A stretch of DNA of 59,314 nucleotides from an uncultured Candidatus Saccharibacteria bacterium. Its GTDB lineage: Bacteria; Patescibacteriota; Saccharimonadia; CAILAD01; GCA-016700035. A program made the translations under genes and the position numbers. The stretch is taken from positions 1 through 59,314 of the forward strand of contig CAZTHB010000002.1 in the NCBI GenBank assembly GCA_964613485.1, written 5' to 3'. Numbering within the stretch: position 1 is the stretch's first letter; each line of letters opens with the position of its first letter. Below, piece after piece: positions 1-9,341 of the stretch. The notes beneath the pieces are model-generated. The model did not search any database. It was not told the origin of the DNA and was given only the letters and a program-made list of their open reading frames with translations.

Positions 1-365
1 CTCCCTTCGATCACAGAAGACTGCAGTGATATAGTGCGACACGTCCAAGCCGCATTTGAGCCAGACGCAACTTCTACAGGTCTATTACGATTAGAGCCAT
101 TGCATGTTTCCTCGTCTCGTGCAAAATCTACATCGTCGTTTAGTCGACGTACAGCATCCTCTACCCCAGCTTGAGCAGCATACAGGGCTCGATTCGATTG
201 GTCAGATGCAATTGACTGCTTTACCTCTCGCGTAGCGATCGTAGTAATACCAACAAACAAAACAATCAACACTGCCGATATAGCAATTGTTGTGAGCAGT
301 GCAGCCGAACCTTGATGTCGGTTCCTCCAAAAGCGTTTCACTCGATGAACCATAACTGTTTTCAT
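1..365 (-). CDS. PilX-like type IV pilus minor component; only the 5' part is present and the C-terminus lies beyond the window start
   Basis: My own minus-strand translation from the ATG at 365-363 gives MKTVMVHRVKRFWRNRHQGSAALLTTIAISAVLIVLFVGITTIATREVKQSIASDQSNRALYAAQAGVEDAV... It has a basic N-terminus, a hydrophobic helix and an NRALYAAQAG segment resembling the PilX N-terminal domain. It is the last gene of the pilin cluster. It is absent from the ORF track because it runs off the window. Confidence 0.5.
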   Translation of the reverse strand, partial: MKTVMVHRVKRFWRNRHQGSAALLTTIAISAVLIVLFVGITTIATREVKQSIASDQSNRALYAAQAGVEDAVRRLNDDVDFARDEETCNGSNRNRPVEVASGSNAAWTCRTISLQSSVIEG

Positions 366-395
366 AGTACTACAATCCGACCTTGCTGAAAACCA

Positions 396-1031
396 TTATT
401 GATACACCACATGGGTACGCAAGATAGTTGACGCAGCTAGCGTGTCACCAAGATTGTTGTCTGCCGGCCCACATGGGTTACGTATTCCATGCGAAGCACG
501 CACAGTCACCTCCCACACCTTCGGCTGGGCATCTTTACTGACAGTAGTATCGCGTATAGTGAGCACCTCACACCCTGTGCCTGCTGCGGTATCTGACCAG
601 GTTGGAGATTCGATCAAGACCTGATAGTTATTGAGACTTGTACAATCCTGCATCCTCGCTAAATGCCAATTGTTATCACTCGATAAGCTCAGCAAAGCAT
701 AAGCGCGCCTAGTATTAGAACGCGAGTCTACTAAGCAATGATAATCTCGAACGCCGGTCACACCATTCGGACGATCAGCTGGCACGGCAGGTGGCGTCGG
801 ACCAGTGGGCGCCTGCACAGCGTCTGTGCGAGAAAGGTCACGTGTGAGAGTGTCGATGGCATTCCTAGCTGCAGTCTGTGTGCGTGTAAGGCCTTGTGCT
901 CGGTTATAAATTCCTAAAATATTTACATAGCTAATGGTTGCCCCCAAGACAAGCGCGGCCAAGAATGAGATCGAAAACAAGAGCTCAACGAGCGTAAAAC
1001 CTGACCGTGAATGTAAAATATGCTTCTTCAT
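396..1031 (-). CDS. Minor pilin / pseudopilin with prepilin-type N-terminal cleavage-methylation motif
   Basis: The N-terminus MKKHILHSRSG|FTLVELLFSISFLAALVL has Gly at -1, Phe at +1 and Glu at +5, followed by a hydrophobic helix. The ATG at 1031 was checked. It lies in the pilin gene cluster. Confidence 0.8.
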   Translation of the reverse strand: MKKHILHSRSGFTLVELLFSISFLAALVLGATISYVNILGIYNRAQGLTRTQTAARNAIDTLTRDLSRTDAVQAPTGPTPPAVPADRPNGVTGVRDYHCLVDSRSNTRRAYALLSLSSDNNWHLARMQDCTSLNNYQVLIESPTWSDTAAGTGCEVLTIRDTTVSKDAQPKVWEVTVRASHGIRNPCGPADNNLGDTLAASTILRTHVVYQ

Positions 1032-1041
1032 ATAGCTATCC

Positions 1042-1608
1042 CTATTCGCTCGGAGCTATTAATTGTGTCGTTGCTATAGCATTGCTCGCCACGCCATTCG
1101 CATCATTCCAGCTCACTACTGCCTGTACATCGACTGCGGATACCTGCGAGACACCGCCACAGTTGCCCGGTGTAGATGCTTCGGTGGTTACAATAGCGCT
1201 ATTCGTGCAATATGGACGAACAGCGCGAATCGAAATACTATATGCTCCTGACTGATCGCCAACTGCTGCAGTTTGTGAGAGTGCGTTGTCAACGAGCTTC
1301 CACACGCAATCCTCTATCGCTGCACAGGGCACGATATGTATAGGCCTCGCAAAGACCCGAGACACGAAGTTATCCCAATTCATTTCCGTTTGTGCAGTAT
1401 TAGAATCCGAGAGATCTCGGTAGGCTCGTAGTCTTTCGAGCTGATCTTGGGCCATATACTGTGCCTGCGTGCGTTGGTTTGCAGAAACACCTGTACGCCA
1501 TGCCCTCAAAGCCGATGAATACGCTACGGTGACGACCGTACCGATAATTGCGAAGGCAAAGAGAATCTCCACAAGCGTCATGCCCTTCTGTCTGTACGCG
1601 CGTTTCAT
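1042..1608 (-). CDS. Minor pilin / pseudopilin with prepilin-type N-terminal motif
   Basis: The N-terminus is MKRAYRQKG|MTLVEILFAFAIIG, with Glu at +5. Its start overlaps the upstream stop by 1 nt (TAATG), indicating translational coupling. Confidence 0.8.
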   Translation of the reverse strand: MKRAYRQKGMTLVEILFAFAIIGTVVTVAYSSALRAWRTGVSANQRTQAQYMAQDQLERLRAYRDLSDSNTAQTEMNWDNFVSRVFARPIHIVPCAAIEDCVWKLVDNALSQTAAVGDQSGAYSISIRAVRPYCTNSAIVTTEASTPGNCGGVSQVSAVDVQAVVSWNDANGVASNAIATTQLIAPSE

Positions 1609-2387
1609 TAGTGCGTCACCAGCCTAAAACTTGATGAGGCAAAATTATATACTATTTCAGCCCTAAATCTTGGATTACTACCCACCATTTCCTGGCTCCA
1701 AAACTCCCACATAACCCCACAAGGTATTGAAGTAGCGGTACCCGGAGTCGGGTTATCCCCACCCCATGAAGCATAAGCAGAATCTACCCCGCTACCTGCA
1801 AAATAATTTAACGCTTTTGGCTCTCGTCGAAACGTGATGGTGCTTATACTCGCTGCACCTTGAATCAGGGTGGCGCCCGCCGGATTACTCGAGGACCAAT
1901 TATTCAGATCAGCGCACGGCACACCGGCTACACTCGGCAGTCTACGTATACCCCTATACACCATACCGATTGGCAGATCTACCTGTCGCACCACATACGG
2001 ACTTGCACTGGCTACAGTAGTAATTCGCCCTGTATCCATATTATATTGAGCGGTGTAATACCTTACGGTCAGCTGCCGAGCAAGTGTAGGGCTTGCCAAT
2101 GCGCTATCAGTACCGTCTGCGCTTACTGAGGTTGCAAAGACGGTATGGCCGATTCGCGTTGTTATATTGGGAGTAGGTATAGCTGCACCTGCCGGTACCT
2201 CATTCGAATCGATGCCAGACTGCACTTCTTTTATCTGTGACTCTATTTGCCTTGCGCCATCATAGAACTGTGTACCTCGCTGAGATGCATACCATAAGAA
2301 CGAGCCACCAGCCAGCATTGCCCCCAGTGCCAACGTAATCGTCAGCTCAATGATAGATATACCTTTCGCACGATTTCGAGTCTTCAT
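1608..2387 (-). CDS. Minor pilin / pseudopilin with prepilin-type N-terminal motif
   Basis: The N-terminus is MKTRNRAKG|ISIIELTITLALGAML, with Glu at +5 and a hydrophobic helix. It lies directly downstream of pilD. Confidence 0.75.
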   Translation of the reverse strand: MKTRNRAKGISIIELTITLALGAMLAGGSFLWYASQRGTQFYDGARQIESQIKEVQSGIDSNEVPAGAAIPTPNITTRIGHTVFATSVSADGTDSALASPTLARQLTVRYYTAQYNMDTGRITTVASASPYVVRQVDLPIGMVYRGIRRLPSVAGVPCADLNNWSSSNPAGATLIQGAASISTITFRREPKALNYFAGSGVDSAYASWGGDNPTPGTATSIPCGVMWEFWSQEMVGSNPRFRAEIVYNFASSSFRLVTH

Positions 2388-2419
2388 ACTTGCTTACGAG
2401 TATACCACTTGTGCTTGAT

Positions 2420-3220
2420 CTAGGTCAGCAGCTTGAAGTATGCATCCAGTAGTCTCTCCCCGGCAAAGAACCCTACGTACATACCGATGATAAGAAATGG
2501 TCCAAATGCGATAGCATCCTTGCGCGTCTTAAACTTCAATACTATGAGCACCAGGCTTATCACAGCTCCAATAAAGTACGTCGCAAATATCGCTACCACT
2601 AACTGCGTAGGAGTAAGTATCAACCCCATCAGTACAGCAAGCCTTATATCCCCGTCCCCCAGCCACTTGCCACGCGAACCAAACCACATAAGCAAGTAAA
2701 ATCCACCAAACAGCCCGGCACAAATCAGCTGTGATATCGCCAGGCTTGATTCGTGAAACAACAACCACCTCACCACGAGCCAACTTGCTGCAACAACAAT
2801 CGCTGGAATCGTGAATTGATCTGGGAGCTCCATATGCAGCCAATCATAAACGAACGAAGCAATGAGCAGTGTTGTAACCACAAGCCACACTCCAAACTCT
2901 GCCATTCCAAATGAAGTCTTCGGCTGAAAGTACACAAAGAGCCCAACCCATGATAACGCTGTAAGGAGCTCAACGAGCGGATACTGAAAACTGATCGACT
3001 TATGACACGTACGACAGCGCCCCCGTAGGCCAATGTAGCTCAAAACAGGGATAAGCTCATACCACTTCAGCTGCGTATGGCAGTGCGGACACATGCTGCG
3101 CCCCCGAGAGACATGCTTGCCATGAGCCAGCCGCCATATCCAAGCATTTAAGAAGCTCCCGACAAGCAGGCCATACAGAGCCACTAGCAAGGATGGTAGG
3201 GCGATTGATAAGGTAAACAT
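2420..3220 (-). CDS. pilD: Prepilin peptidase (A24 family aspartic peptidase / N-methyltransferase)
   Basis: The protein is polytopic and carries the CPHCHTQL...GRCRTCHKSISFQYPLVELL zinc-finger region typical of PilD/PulO. It sits in the pilus locus. The ATG at 3220 was checked. Confidence 0.9.
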   Translation of the reverse strand: MFTLSIALPSLLVALYGLLVGSFLNAWIWRLAHGKHVSRGRSMCPHCHTQLKWYELIPVLSYIGLRGRCRTCHKSISFQYPLVELLTALSWVGLFVYFQPKTSFGMAEFGVWLVVTTLLIASFVYDWLHMELPDQFTIPAIVVAASWLVVRWLLFHESSLAISQLICAGLFGGFYLLMWFGSRGKWLGDGDIRLAVLMGLILTPTQLVVAIFATYFIGAVISLVLIVLKFKTRKDAIAFGPFLIIGMYVGFFAGERLLDAYFKLLT

Positions 3221-3226
3221 AACTAG

Positions 3227-3232
3227 ATTATA
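3227..3232 (-). promoter_or_regulatory. -10 box (TATAAT on minus strand) 6 nt upstream of the pilD ATG; putative leaderless promoter
   Basis: The minus strand reads ctgTATAATctagttATG. The box lies between the pilin terminator and the pilD start. There is no SD. Confidence 0.4.
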
Positions 3233-3245
3233 CAGGCATCCGAGT

Positions 3246-3283
3246 CCTACTTTAAAAGCCCCTATAGGGGCTTTTAAAGTAGG
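3246..3283 (-). terminator. Strong palindromic intrinsic terminator downstream of the major pilin gene
   Basis: cctactttaaaagcccctataggggcttttaaagtagg is a perfect 38-nt palindrome. Its GC core GCCCCTATAGGGGC is flanked by T/A runs on both strands. Confidence 0.8.
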
Positions 3284-3295
3284 ATGTATTAATCC

Positions 3296-3724
3296 TTAGT
3301 TATTTACGCTGTATGCCGCAGCTGCAGCTTCAAGACAGACGCTAACAGTATCGGCTGCGCCTGATTGCACTCGAACCGGACCACCCGTACCTGGAGCAGT
3401 TTGAGGACAAGCACCAAGAGCGCCAGTTTGCCAGGTAAATGTCATACCCTGAGCTGTCAAGGTTCCACTAGTTGCACGCATATAGTTATTCGCCAAATCG
3501 GTCATATGGGCAGCTGTCGTAGGTGGCGTGCCACTATTATTACCCTTAAAGGCAGTTACTGCTGACAGAGTGCGATTCGCAATATCCTTGCGTGTGTTAT
3601 CGCGCTGGCCCCTCTGTGCCCCTTGAACCGCCAAGAACACTACCACCATGATTAACGCAGCAATAGCCAACACAATCACGACTTCGATCAAGGTAAAACC
3701 TTTTCTTAATGACTGATTTTTCAT
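3296..3724 (-). CDS. pilA: Major type IV pilin (prepilin with class III signal peptide)
   Basis: MKNQSLRKG|FTLIEVVIVLAIAALIMVVVFLAV is a canonical prepilin motif. A perfect SD (AGGAGG) lies 5 nt upstream of the ATG at 3724. The gene has its own promoter and terminator. The longer ORF-track start at 3784 would overlap that promoter. Confidence 0.85.
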   Translation of the reverse strand: MKNQSLRKGFTLIEVVIVLAIAALIMVVVFLAVQGAQRGQRDNTRKDIANRTLSAVTAFKGNNSGTPPTTAAHMTDLANNYMRATSGTLTAQGMTFTWQTGALGACPQTAPGTGGPVRVQSGAADTVSVCLEAAAAAYSVNN

Positions 3725-3766
3725 AATTCCTCCTAAATAATTTTGTGAGCGATAAAGCTTATGCTT

Positions 3767-3794
3767 ATCATAACAAAATGACACACGACGTCAA
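3767..3794 (-). promoter_or_regulatory. Sigma-70-type promoter of the major pilin gene
   Basis: On the minus strand, a TTGACG -35 (3794-3789) is followed by a 16-nt spacer and an extended -10, TGtTATGAT (3775-3767). Confidence 0.6.
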
Positions 3795-3799
3795 CTGCA

Positions 3800-5008
3800 T
3801 TACAGACCAGAGCCAACGAGAGAATAGACAGGAAACAGAATGCCAACAATTATGATCATAACCATGAATCCTAAGAAAATAATGATTAACGGCTCTATGA
3901 GCGTTGATAGGTTTTTGACTAGCTGATCCACTTCATTTTCATAGAAGGTCGCGAGCTTATCCAGCATATCCCCCATAGTACCTGAGTCCTCACCCACCTT
4001 CACCATTTGCCCTACGAGAGGCAAGAAATACTCAGTCTTAGCGAGTGACTCCGACAGCGCTCTACCCGACTTCACCTGCTCCGTCAATGTAGCGACCTCC
4101 GATTGCAGTAGAATGTTGTTAAGACTATCGCTCACTAGCTTTAATGACTCAAGAATTGGAATTCCGCTACTCGTTAAGCTGCCTAACGCACGCGCGAAAC
4201 GCGCCATGTACATCTTGATCAAGAGCTGATTAAAGGGCGGCAAGGTAATCTTCAATCGATCAACCAGCTTACGTCCGCTAGGTGATTTTGTGTAAATATA
4301 TATGCCATATATGGTCGCCACGATTGCAGGAATAATGATAAGCCAATACTTACCAAAAGCATTTGTAACAGCAATAATAAGCTGAGTAACGAAGGGTAGC
4401 TCCTTATTAAAGCTCTTGTAAAGCGTCTCAATCTGCGGCACCACGCTTGAAAGCATGTACACCAAGACGCCAATGATCACCAACATAACCAATGCCGGAT
4501 AGACGAGCGCCCCACGAATCTTGGAGATAATGTCAGCTTCCTTCTCTATCTGATCAGCGAGTCGCAGCATCGAGACATCGAGCGTACCACTAGCCTCACC
4601 AGCCTGCACCATCGCGACGTAGATGTGATTAAAACTGTCCGGATATTCCGCGAGAGCCTGAGAGAAGGCCGTACCGCCTTCGACTGACTTACCGATACGA
4701 AATATAATAGTCTGCAGCTTCTTATTATCAATTTGGCCAAGGGCACTATTAAGCGCAGTACCTACTGGCAGACCGGCCTTGATGAGCGTTGCCATCTGAC
4801 GCGTAAAGATCACCTTGGCCTTGATCGGCACCCGGCCAGTCGTGGAGCCGACGCCAAGTACGCTACCGCCCTTCGGATGAATCTCCATCGGGTAGAGATT
4901 TTGCTTAATCAGCAGCTTACCAGCAGCCACCTCATTGTCGGCCGATATAAAACCCTCTATCTCCCGTCCGGTGACTGTATCCTTGGCTTTGTATTTAAAA
5001 TCAATCAT
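3800..5008 (-). CDS. pilC: Type IV pilus inner-membrane platform protein (GspF/PilC family)
   Basis: The 402-aa protein has the duplicated T2SS-F architecture and three TM segments, and ends ...LFPVYSLVGSGL. An AGGTG SD precedes the start. Confidence 0.9.
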   Translation of the reverse strand: MIDFKYKAKDTVTGREIEGFISADNEVAAGKLLIKQNLYPMEIHPKGGSVLGVGSTTGRVPIKAKVIFTRQMATLIKAGLPVGTALNSALGQIDNKKLQTIIFRIGKSVEGGTAFSQALAEYPDSFNHIYVAMVQAGEASGTLDVSMLRLADQIEKEADIISKIRGALVYPALVMLVIIGVLVYMLSSVVPQIETLYKSFNKELPFVTQLIIAVTNAFGKYWLIIIPAIVATIYGIYIYTKSPSGRKLVDRLKITLPPFNQLLIKMYMARFARALGSLTSSGIPILESLKLVSDSLNNILLQSEVATLTEQVKSGRALSESLAKTEYFLPLVGQMVKVGEDSGTMGDMLDKLATFYENEVDQLVKNLSTLIEPLIIIFLGFMVMIIIVGILFPVYSLVGSGL

Positions 5009-5016
5009 CGACGCAC

Positions 5017-6510
5017 CTACTGTCGCATCAAGCGATCTAGCTCTTCGAGATTTACAGCGTAGTTCTTCGCTTCTTCATAGCTAATCTTACCTTCGTGAAT
5101 CAGATGCGCGAGCGTTGCGTCCATCGACTGCATACCATACTCGGCGCCAGTCTGAATGACGCCATCAAGCTGATGGGTCTTACCTTCGCGAATGATATTG
5201 CGCACCGCTGGGGTAACCATAAGGATTTCAGCCGCGGCCAATCGACCACCACCAACCATCGGAACGAGGCGTTGAGCTACTACTGCCTGCAATATGCCCG
5301 ACAATTGGATACGAATCTGCTGCTGCTGGTGTGGCGGGAAGACATCAATCATACGATCGATACTGCTGGCTGCAGAGTTTGTGTGCAAAGTAGCCAGAAC
5401 TAAATGCCCGGTTTCTGCCACGGTAATGGCAGTTGCGATGGTTTCGAGATCTCGCATCTCACCGATGAGTACTACATCTGGGTCTTCACGCAAGGCACTG
5501 CGTAGCGCCGCCGAGAAGCTAGGGGTGTCGAAGTGAACCTCGCGCTGCACAACGATCGATTTCTTGTGATGATGCTGATACTCGATCGGGTCTTCGATCG
5601 TGATGATATGCAGGGCTTTCTCACGATTAATCTTATCAACCATTGCCGCCAGCGATGTACTCTTACCCGAGCCGGTTGGACCAGTTACGAGCACCAGACC
5701 ACGCGGAAAATCAGTCATCTTGTTGACGATCGGCGGCAAACCAAGATCTTCGACAGTTCGGATCTTATTTGGGATCAGACGAAATGCACCTGCAGGATTC
5801 CCTTTCTCATGGAAGGCATTCACACGGAAACGGCCGAGGTCACCATACGCAAATGAAAAATCTATTTCCTTATCATGCGTGTAGATTTCTTTTTGCTCAT
5901 CATCAAGAAGATTAAAAACAATCTCATCTATGTCATCCGCAGTCAGCACCTTCGACTCACGAATTGGGGCCAACGAACCATCGACACGCAGCATGGCCGG
6001 CAGGCCAACTTGCAAGTGGATATCTGAAGCATCACGTCGGATGACCTCCTCGAGATACGGCTCGATAGTAGCGTGCCCACCACCAGAACGGATATTGTGG
6101 ACTTGGTCGACCTCAGAAACTGCCCTACCTTGCGGCTGTGTAGACGGAGTGCTCGCAGAGGCTTGCTCAATAACCTGACCTCCGGGAGTCACGGTCGTTT
6201 GCATAGTCGTTGGTGATGGAGGTAGGCTTGGTGGCACATCCATATCTTCATCGTCCAGACTTGCTGTCGGCACAACGATTGGTCCAGTCGCAACACCAGC
6301 GCTCCCATCCATCGTCATGGCTGGGGCGATATTCTCCACCAGGGGCTGGTCAGGAATAGCCGTCGCCTGCCCTGTGGAGGCGAGTGGATTCTGTGCACTA
6401 ATGATGCCCGATGTAGCCAATCCATCGTTTGTGGATGGAGATACTGCAGGAAGTGAGCCAGCTTGACTTGGTGCTGGCTGAGGAGTTGGAGTGGAGTTTG
6501 ATGGAGGCAT
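5017..6510 (-). CDS. pilT: PilT-type retraction ATPase with a ~145-aa Pro/Ser/Thr-rich N-terminal extension
   Basis: The C-terminal ~350 aa carries ASDIHLQVGLPAMLRVDG, Walker A GPTGSGKST and the ATLHTNSA His box. The start is uncertain because no SD precedes 6510 and internal Met codons exist. Confidence 0.8.
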   Translation of the reverse strand: MPPSNSTPTPQPAPSQAGSLPAVSPSTNDGLATSGIISAQNPLASTGQATAIPDQPLVENIAPAMTMDGSAGVATGPIVVPTASLDDEDMDVPPSLPPSPTTMQTTVTPGGQVIEQASASTPSTQPQGRAVSEVDQVHNIRSGGGHATIEPYLEEVIRRDASDIHLQVGLPAMLRVDGSLAPIRESKVLTADDIDEIVFNLLDDEQKEIYTHDKEIDFSFAYGDLGRFRVNAFHEKGNPAGAFRLIPNKIRTVEDLGLPPIVNKMTDFPRGLVLVTGPTGSGKSTSLAAMVDKINREKALHIITIEDPIEYQHHHKKSIVVQREVHFDTPSFSAALRSALREDPDVVLIGEMRDLETIATAITVAETGHLVLATLHTNSAASSIDRMIDVFPPHQQQQIRIQLSGILQAVVAQRLVPMVGGGRLAAAEILMVTPAVRNIIREGKTHQLDGVIQTGAEYGMQSMDATLAHLIHEGKISYEEAKNYAVNLEELDRLMRQ

Positions 6511-6538
6511 AGTATAGATAATTTCGTATTATTGTTGC

Positions 6539-8332
6539 TTAGTGATCCGTGGCAACGCGAGCGACTTCTTCGATCGTGGTCGTACCCGTTAGTGCCTTGA
6601 GGTATCCGTCTTGCTGCATGGTAAGCATGCCGTCTTTGATCGCCTGAGCCTGAATCTCGCTAGTAGTGCCGTGATTAAGCAAGAGCTTCTCCATCGCCGG
6701 ATTCATTTCAAAGACTTCGAAGATACCGATTCGACCAGCGTACCCTTCTTTGCAGTCTGCGCAGCCTTCCCCCTTGTATAAAGTATAAGCGGTTTCGCTA
6801 TATAAGGGCAAACCCTCATAGCCGTATTCGTCAGCTTTTGCCTTTTGTTCCGAAGGATCCTTAGGGAGAAAGGCGCCGATTATTTTATTGATGATCTGAA
6901 TGGCTGATGGAGTCGCGGCATATGGTTTCTTGCACTTCTGACAGACACGACGTACTAAGCGTTGTCCAATGACAGTATTAACCGTCGAAGCAATCAGAAA
7001 AGGCTCGATTTTCATATCAAGCATACGTGGGAGCACGCCAGATGCTGAGTTGGTGTGCAAAGTAGACAAAACCGTATGACCAGTGAGGGCTGCCTGCACA
7101 GCGAGATCAGCTGTCTCAGAGTCTCGGATCTCCCCCACCAGCACTACATTCGGGTCTTGACGGAGAATCGATCGCAGGCCGTTTGCAAACGTCAATCCCA
7201 CAGCGGTATTCACTTGGATTTGATTGATGCCGTCCATCTTGTATTCCACCGGGTCCTCGAGCGTGACGATATTGAGAGACACACTCTTAATCGCCTGCAC
7301 GACCGCATACAGTGTAGTCGACTTACCAGATCCAGTTGGACCAGTAGAGAGAATCATACCGTGCGGCTTATGCATGCCAGATTCGATCAAGCGCAAACTG
7401 CGCCCCCGAAACCCAAGTGTATCGAGAGTAATCGAATGAGCATTCTTATCAAGGATACGAATGACCACTTGTTCGCCATACGTGATCGGAGCAATTGCAA
7501 TACGAAGGTCGACTTCACGCCCCTCGAACATATAGATCGCTTGGCCGTCTTGGGTCATACGATGCTCATCGATCTTGAGGTTTGATAGGATCTTGATACG
7601 CGAAATGAGTGCTGGCTCAGTGGACTTCGGCAGCGTCATTACCTCCTGCAACATACCGTCAATACGAAACCGAATCTTCAGCTCATGTTGTCGTGGTTCG
7701 ATATGGATATCTGATACCTGAGAGTTAATTGCGTACTCGAGGATAGTGTTGAGCGCCCGCGTGATAGGTGCATCCTGCACGATATTTTGAGCTTTTGATT
7801 TATCGACTTGCTCTTTTTTTGCCGCCGCAGCCTCTTCTTTTTCAGCTGAAGCAACATGCTTAAGGACATCCTCAATCTCTTTACTATAGCGATCCGAGTA
7901 CATCCCGAGGATATGCGTAATCCCCGCTTGCGACGCTATGTACGCGGTCAGTGGATACCCGGTCTTGCGCGACACAAAGTCGAGCGCTTGCAAATTGGTC
8001 GGATCGAGCATCGCGACATTAAGTGTGCCATTAGAAACGCCAAATGGCACCGCCATATACTCACGAGCCACATCAAGAGGCAAAAGCTCGGTGAGCTTCT
8101 TGTCGATAGGCTTATCGAGATGCATCAAGTCAGCAAAGGGAATCTTCTTCGCGATCGCAATCAGCTTAACCGAATCTTCTTCATTGATTGCTTTCATCTC
8201 AAGTAACACTTGTAGAAGCCCTTTGTTTTCTTTGACCGCACGGAGTTTGGCAATCTCAAGAATATCGGGCTTCACGATCTGCCCTTGTGTGATAAGCGTT
8301 TCTATTTGGCGCTGATTATCAAGCGTCAGCAT
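6539..8332 (-). CDS. pilB: Type IV pilus assembly (extension) ATPase, GspE/PilB family
   Basis: It has an N-terminal GspE-N domain, Walker A GPTGSGKSTT and a tetracysteine motif (CQKCKK...CADCKEGY). An AGGAGG SD lies 5 nt from the ATG. Confidence 0.9.
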   Translation of the reverse strand: MLTLDNQRQIETLITQGQIVKPDILEIAKLRAVKENKGLLQVLLEMKAINEEDSVKLIAIAKKIPFADLMHLDKPIDKKLTELLPLDVAREYMAVPFGVSNGTLNVAMLDPTNLQALDFVSRKTGYPLTAYIASQAGITHILGMYSDRYSKEIEDVLKHVASAEKEEAAAAKKEQVDKSKAQNIVQDAPITRALNTILEYAINSQVSDIHIEPRQHELKIRFRIDGMLQEVMTLPKSTEPALISRIKILSNLKIDEHRMTQDGQAIYMFEGREVDLRIAIAPITYGEQVVIRILDKNAHSITLDTLGFRGRSLRLIESGMHKPHGMILSTGPTGSGKSTTLYAVVQAIKSVSLNIVTLEDPVEYKMDGINQIQVNTAVGLTFANGLRSILRQDPNVVLVGEIRDSETADLAVQAALTGHTVLSTLHTNSASGVLPRMLDMKIEPFLIASTVNTVIGQRLVRRVCQKCKKPYAATPSAIQIINKIIGAFLPKDPSEQKAKADEYGYEGLPLYSETAYTLYKGEGCADCKEGYAGRIGIFEVFEMNPAMEKLLLNHGTTSEIQAQAIKDGMLTMQQDGYLKALTGTTTIEEVARVATDH

Positions 8333-8341
8333 AAGCGCCTC

Positions 8342-8623
8342 CTATTGACCAAATATCTGTGTATTATCGCCACACTTCTCTGGCGCATCGATACATTTCT
8401 GAGGAGTCGAGTAATCGCTCAGCTTTTTCAGCTCATCCAACTTAGCGGCTGCTTTTGGCTGACTGGTGTCGGCTTCGTCAAGCGGCACATTTACAGGATT
8501 AGGAATGCTTACTTTGATACCGCTGTCCTTTGGCGCAGGTGCTAGTTGTGAATAAAGCAGAACACCCGCTGCGACAAATATCGCAATCGCTATTACTAGT
8601 CCGATCATATCGCGTTTTTTCAC
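8342..8623 (-). CDS. Small membrane-anchored protein of the pilus operon (unknown function)
   Basis: It has an N-terminal TM segment (IGLVIAIAIFVAAGVLLY) and a C-terminal Cys pair (QKCIDAPEKC). Its GTG start overlaps the pilO stop (GTGA) and is preceded by a GGAG SD. Confidence 0.5.
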   Translation of the reverse strand: MKKRDMIGLVIAIAIFVAAGVLLYSQLAPAPKDSGIKVSIPNPVNVPLDEADTSQPKAAAKLDELKKLSDYSTPQKCIDAPEKCGDNTQIFGQ

Positions 8624-9339
8624 TTGCTTGACTCCACATTCTGTTGGGCTTGATATTCTGAAAGCAGCATTTCTTTATCGGTAATTGCTGGCTTATCTTT
8701 GAAATATAATAGATATGTCATGTCGAGCGTCAGGGAGTTTCCGGTACCAGATATTTTGAGTGTTGAAAAATCAAACACACGCTGAGAAGACTCGATCGCC
8801 TTCAAGAAGTTCTTTATCTGTTCATAGGTACCAGTCGACTTGAATGAAAGCTGAAAACTCGATGCCGATGAATTAGTAGTGGTGGCTTCAGTAGTAGCTG
8901 CTAACGCGACCTGACTTTCCTTAGAAACATTATCGATATCGACTAGAGTCTGTGACTGAATTTTCTGAAAGATCGTGAGGATCGTACCAAGATCGTCTGT
9001 TGCTGGCAAAACTCGCTCGGTGATGCGCGAGAAATCTGACACCCCACTTGAGTCCGGCGTCTTGATTTTTGCTAGCTGGCTCTCTGACTGCTTGAGCTTT
9101 TCTATCTTCTTATTTGCGAGACTAATATAAATGTCCTGGGCCTTTATCTCATTCGACTTTTTGATGTTAGCTTGCGCAAGCTGATAGATAAAATATCCAC
9201 CCACGAGAACCGTGAGAACCGTACCGGTAATAATAATAATCAAGAAGTTGCGCATACTTGTCTGTTGCAGTTGAGTCAATCTCGTATCAGGAGCTTGAAA
9301 CTTTTTATTCTGCGCTGTATCGTTTTTTTTGATTGCCAT
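8620..9339 (-). CDS. pilO: PilO-like pilus alignment protein
   Basis: It has a single N-terminal TM, a coiled-coil and an alpha/beta C-terminal domain. It occupies the position after pilN. Confidence 0.55.
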   Translation of the reverse strand: MAIKKNDTAQNKKFQAPDTRLTQLQQTSMRNFLIIIITGTVLTVLVGGYFIYQLAQANIKKSNEIKAQDIYISLANKKIEKLKQSESQLAKIKTPDSSGVSDFSRITERVLPATDDLGTILTIFQKIQSQTLVDIDNVSKESQVALAATTEATTTNSSASSFQLSFKSTGTYEQIKNFLKAIESSQRVFDFSTLKISGTGNSLTLDMTYLLYFKDKPAITDKEMLLSEYQAQQNVESSK

Positions 9340-9341
9340 AG

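Noticed and set aside
3725-3784. The longer pilin ORF start (MSFCYDKHKLYRSQNYLGGI...).
   Set aside because: The extension overlaps the pilin promoter. The ATG at 3724 has a perfect AGGAGG SD and yields a canonical short prepilin leader.
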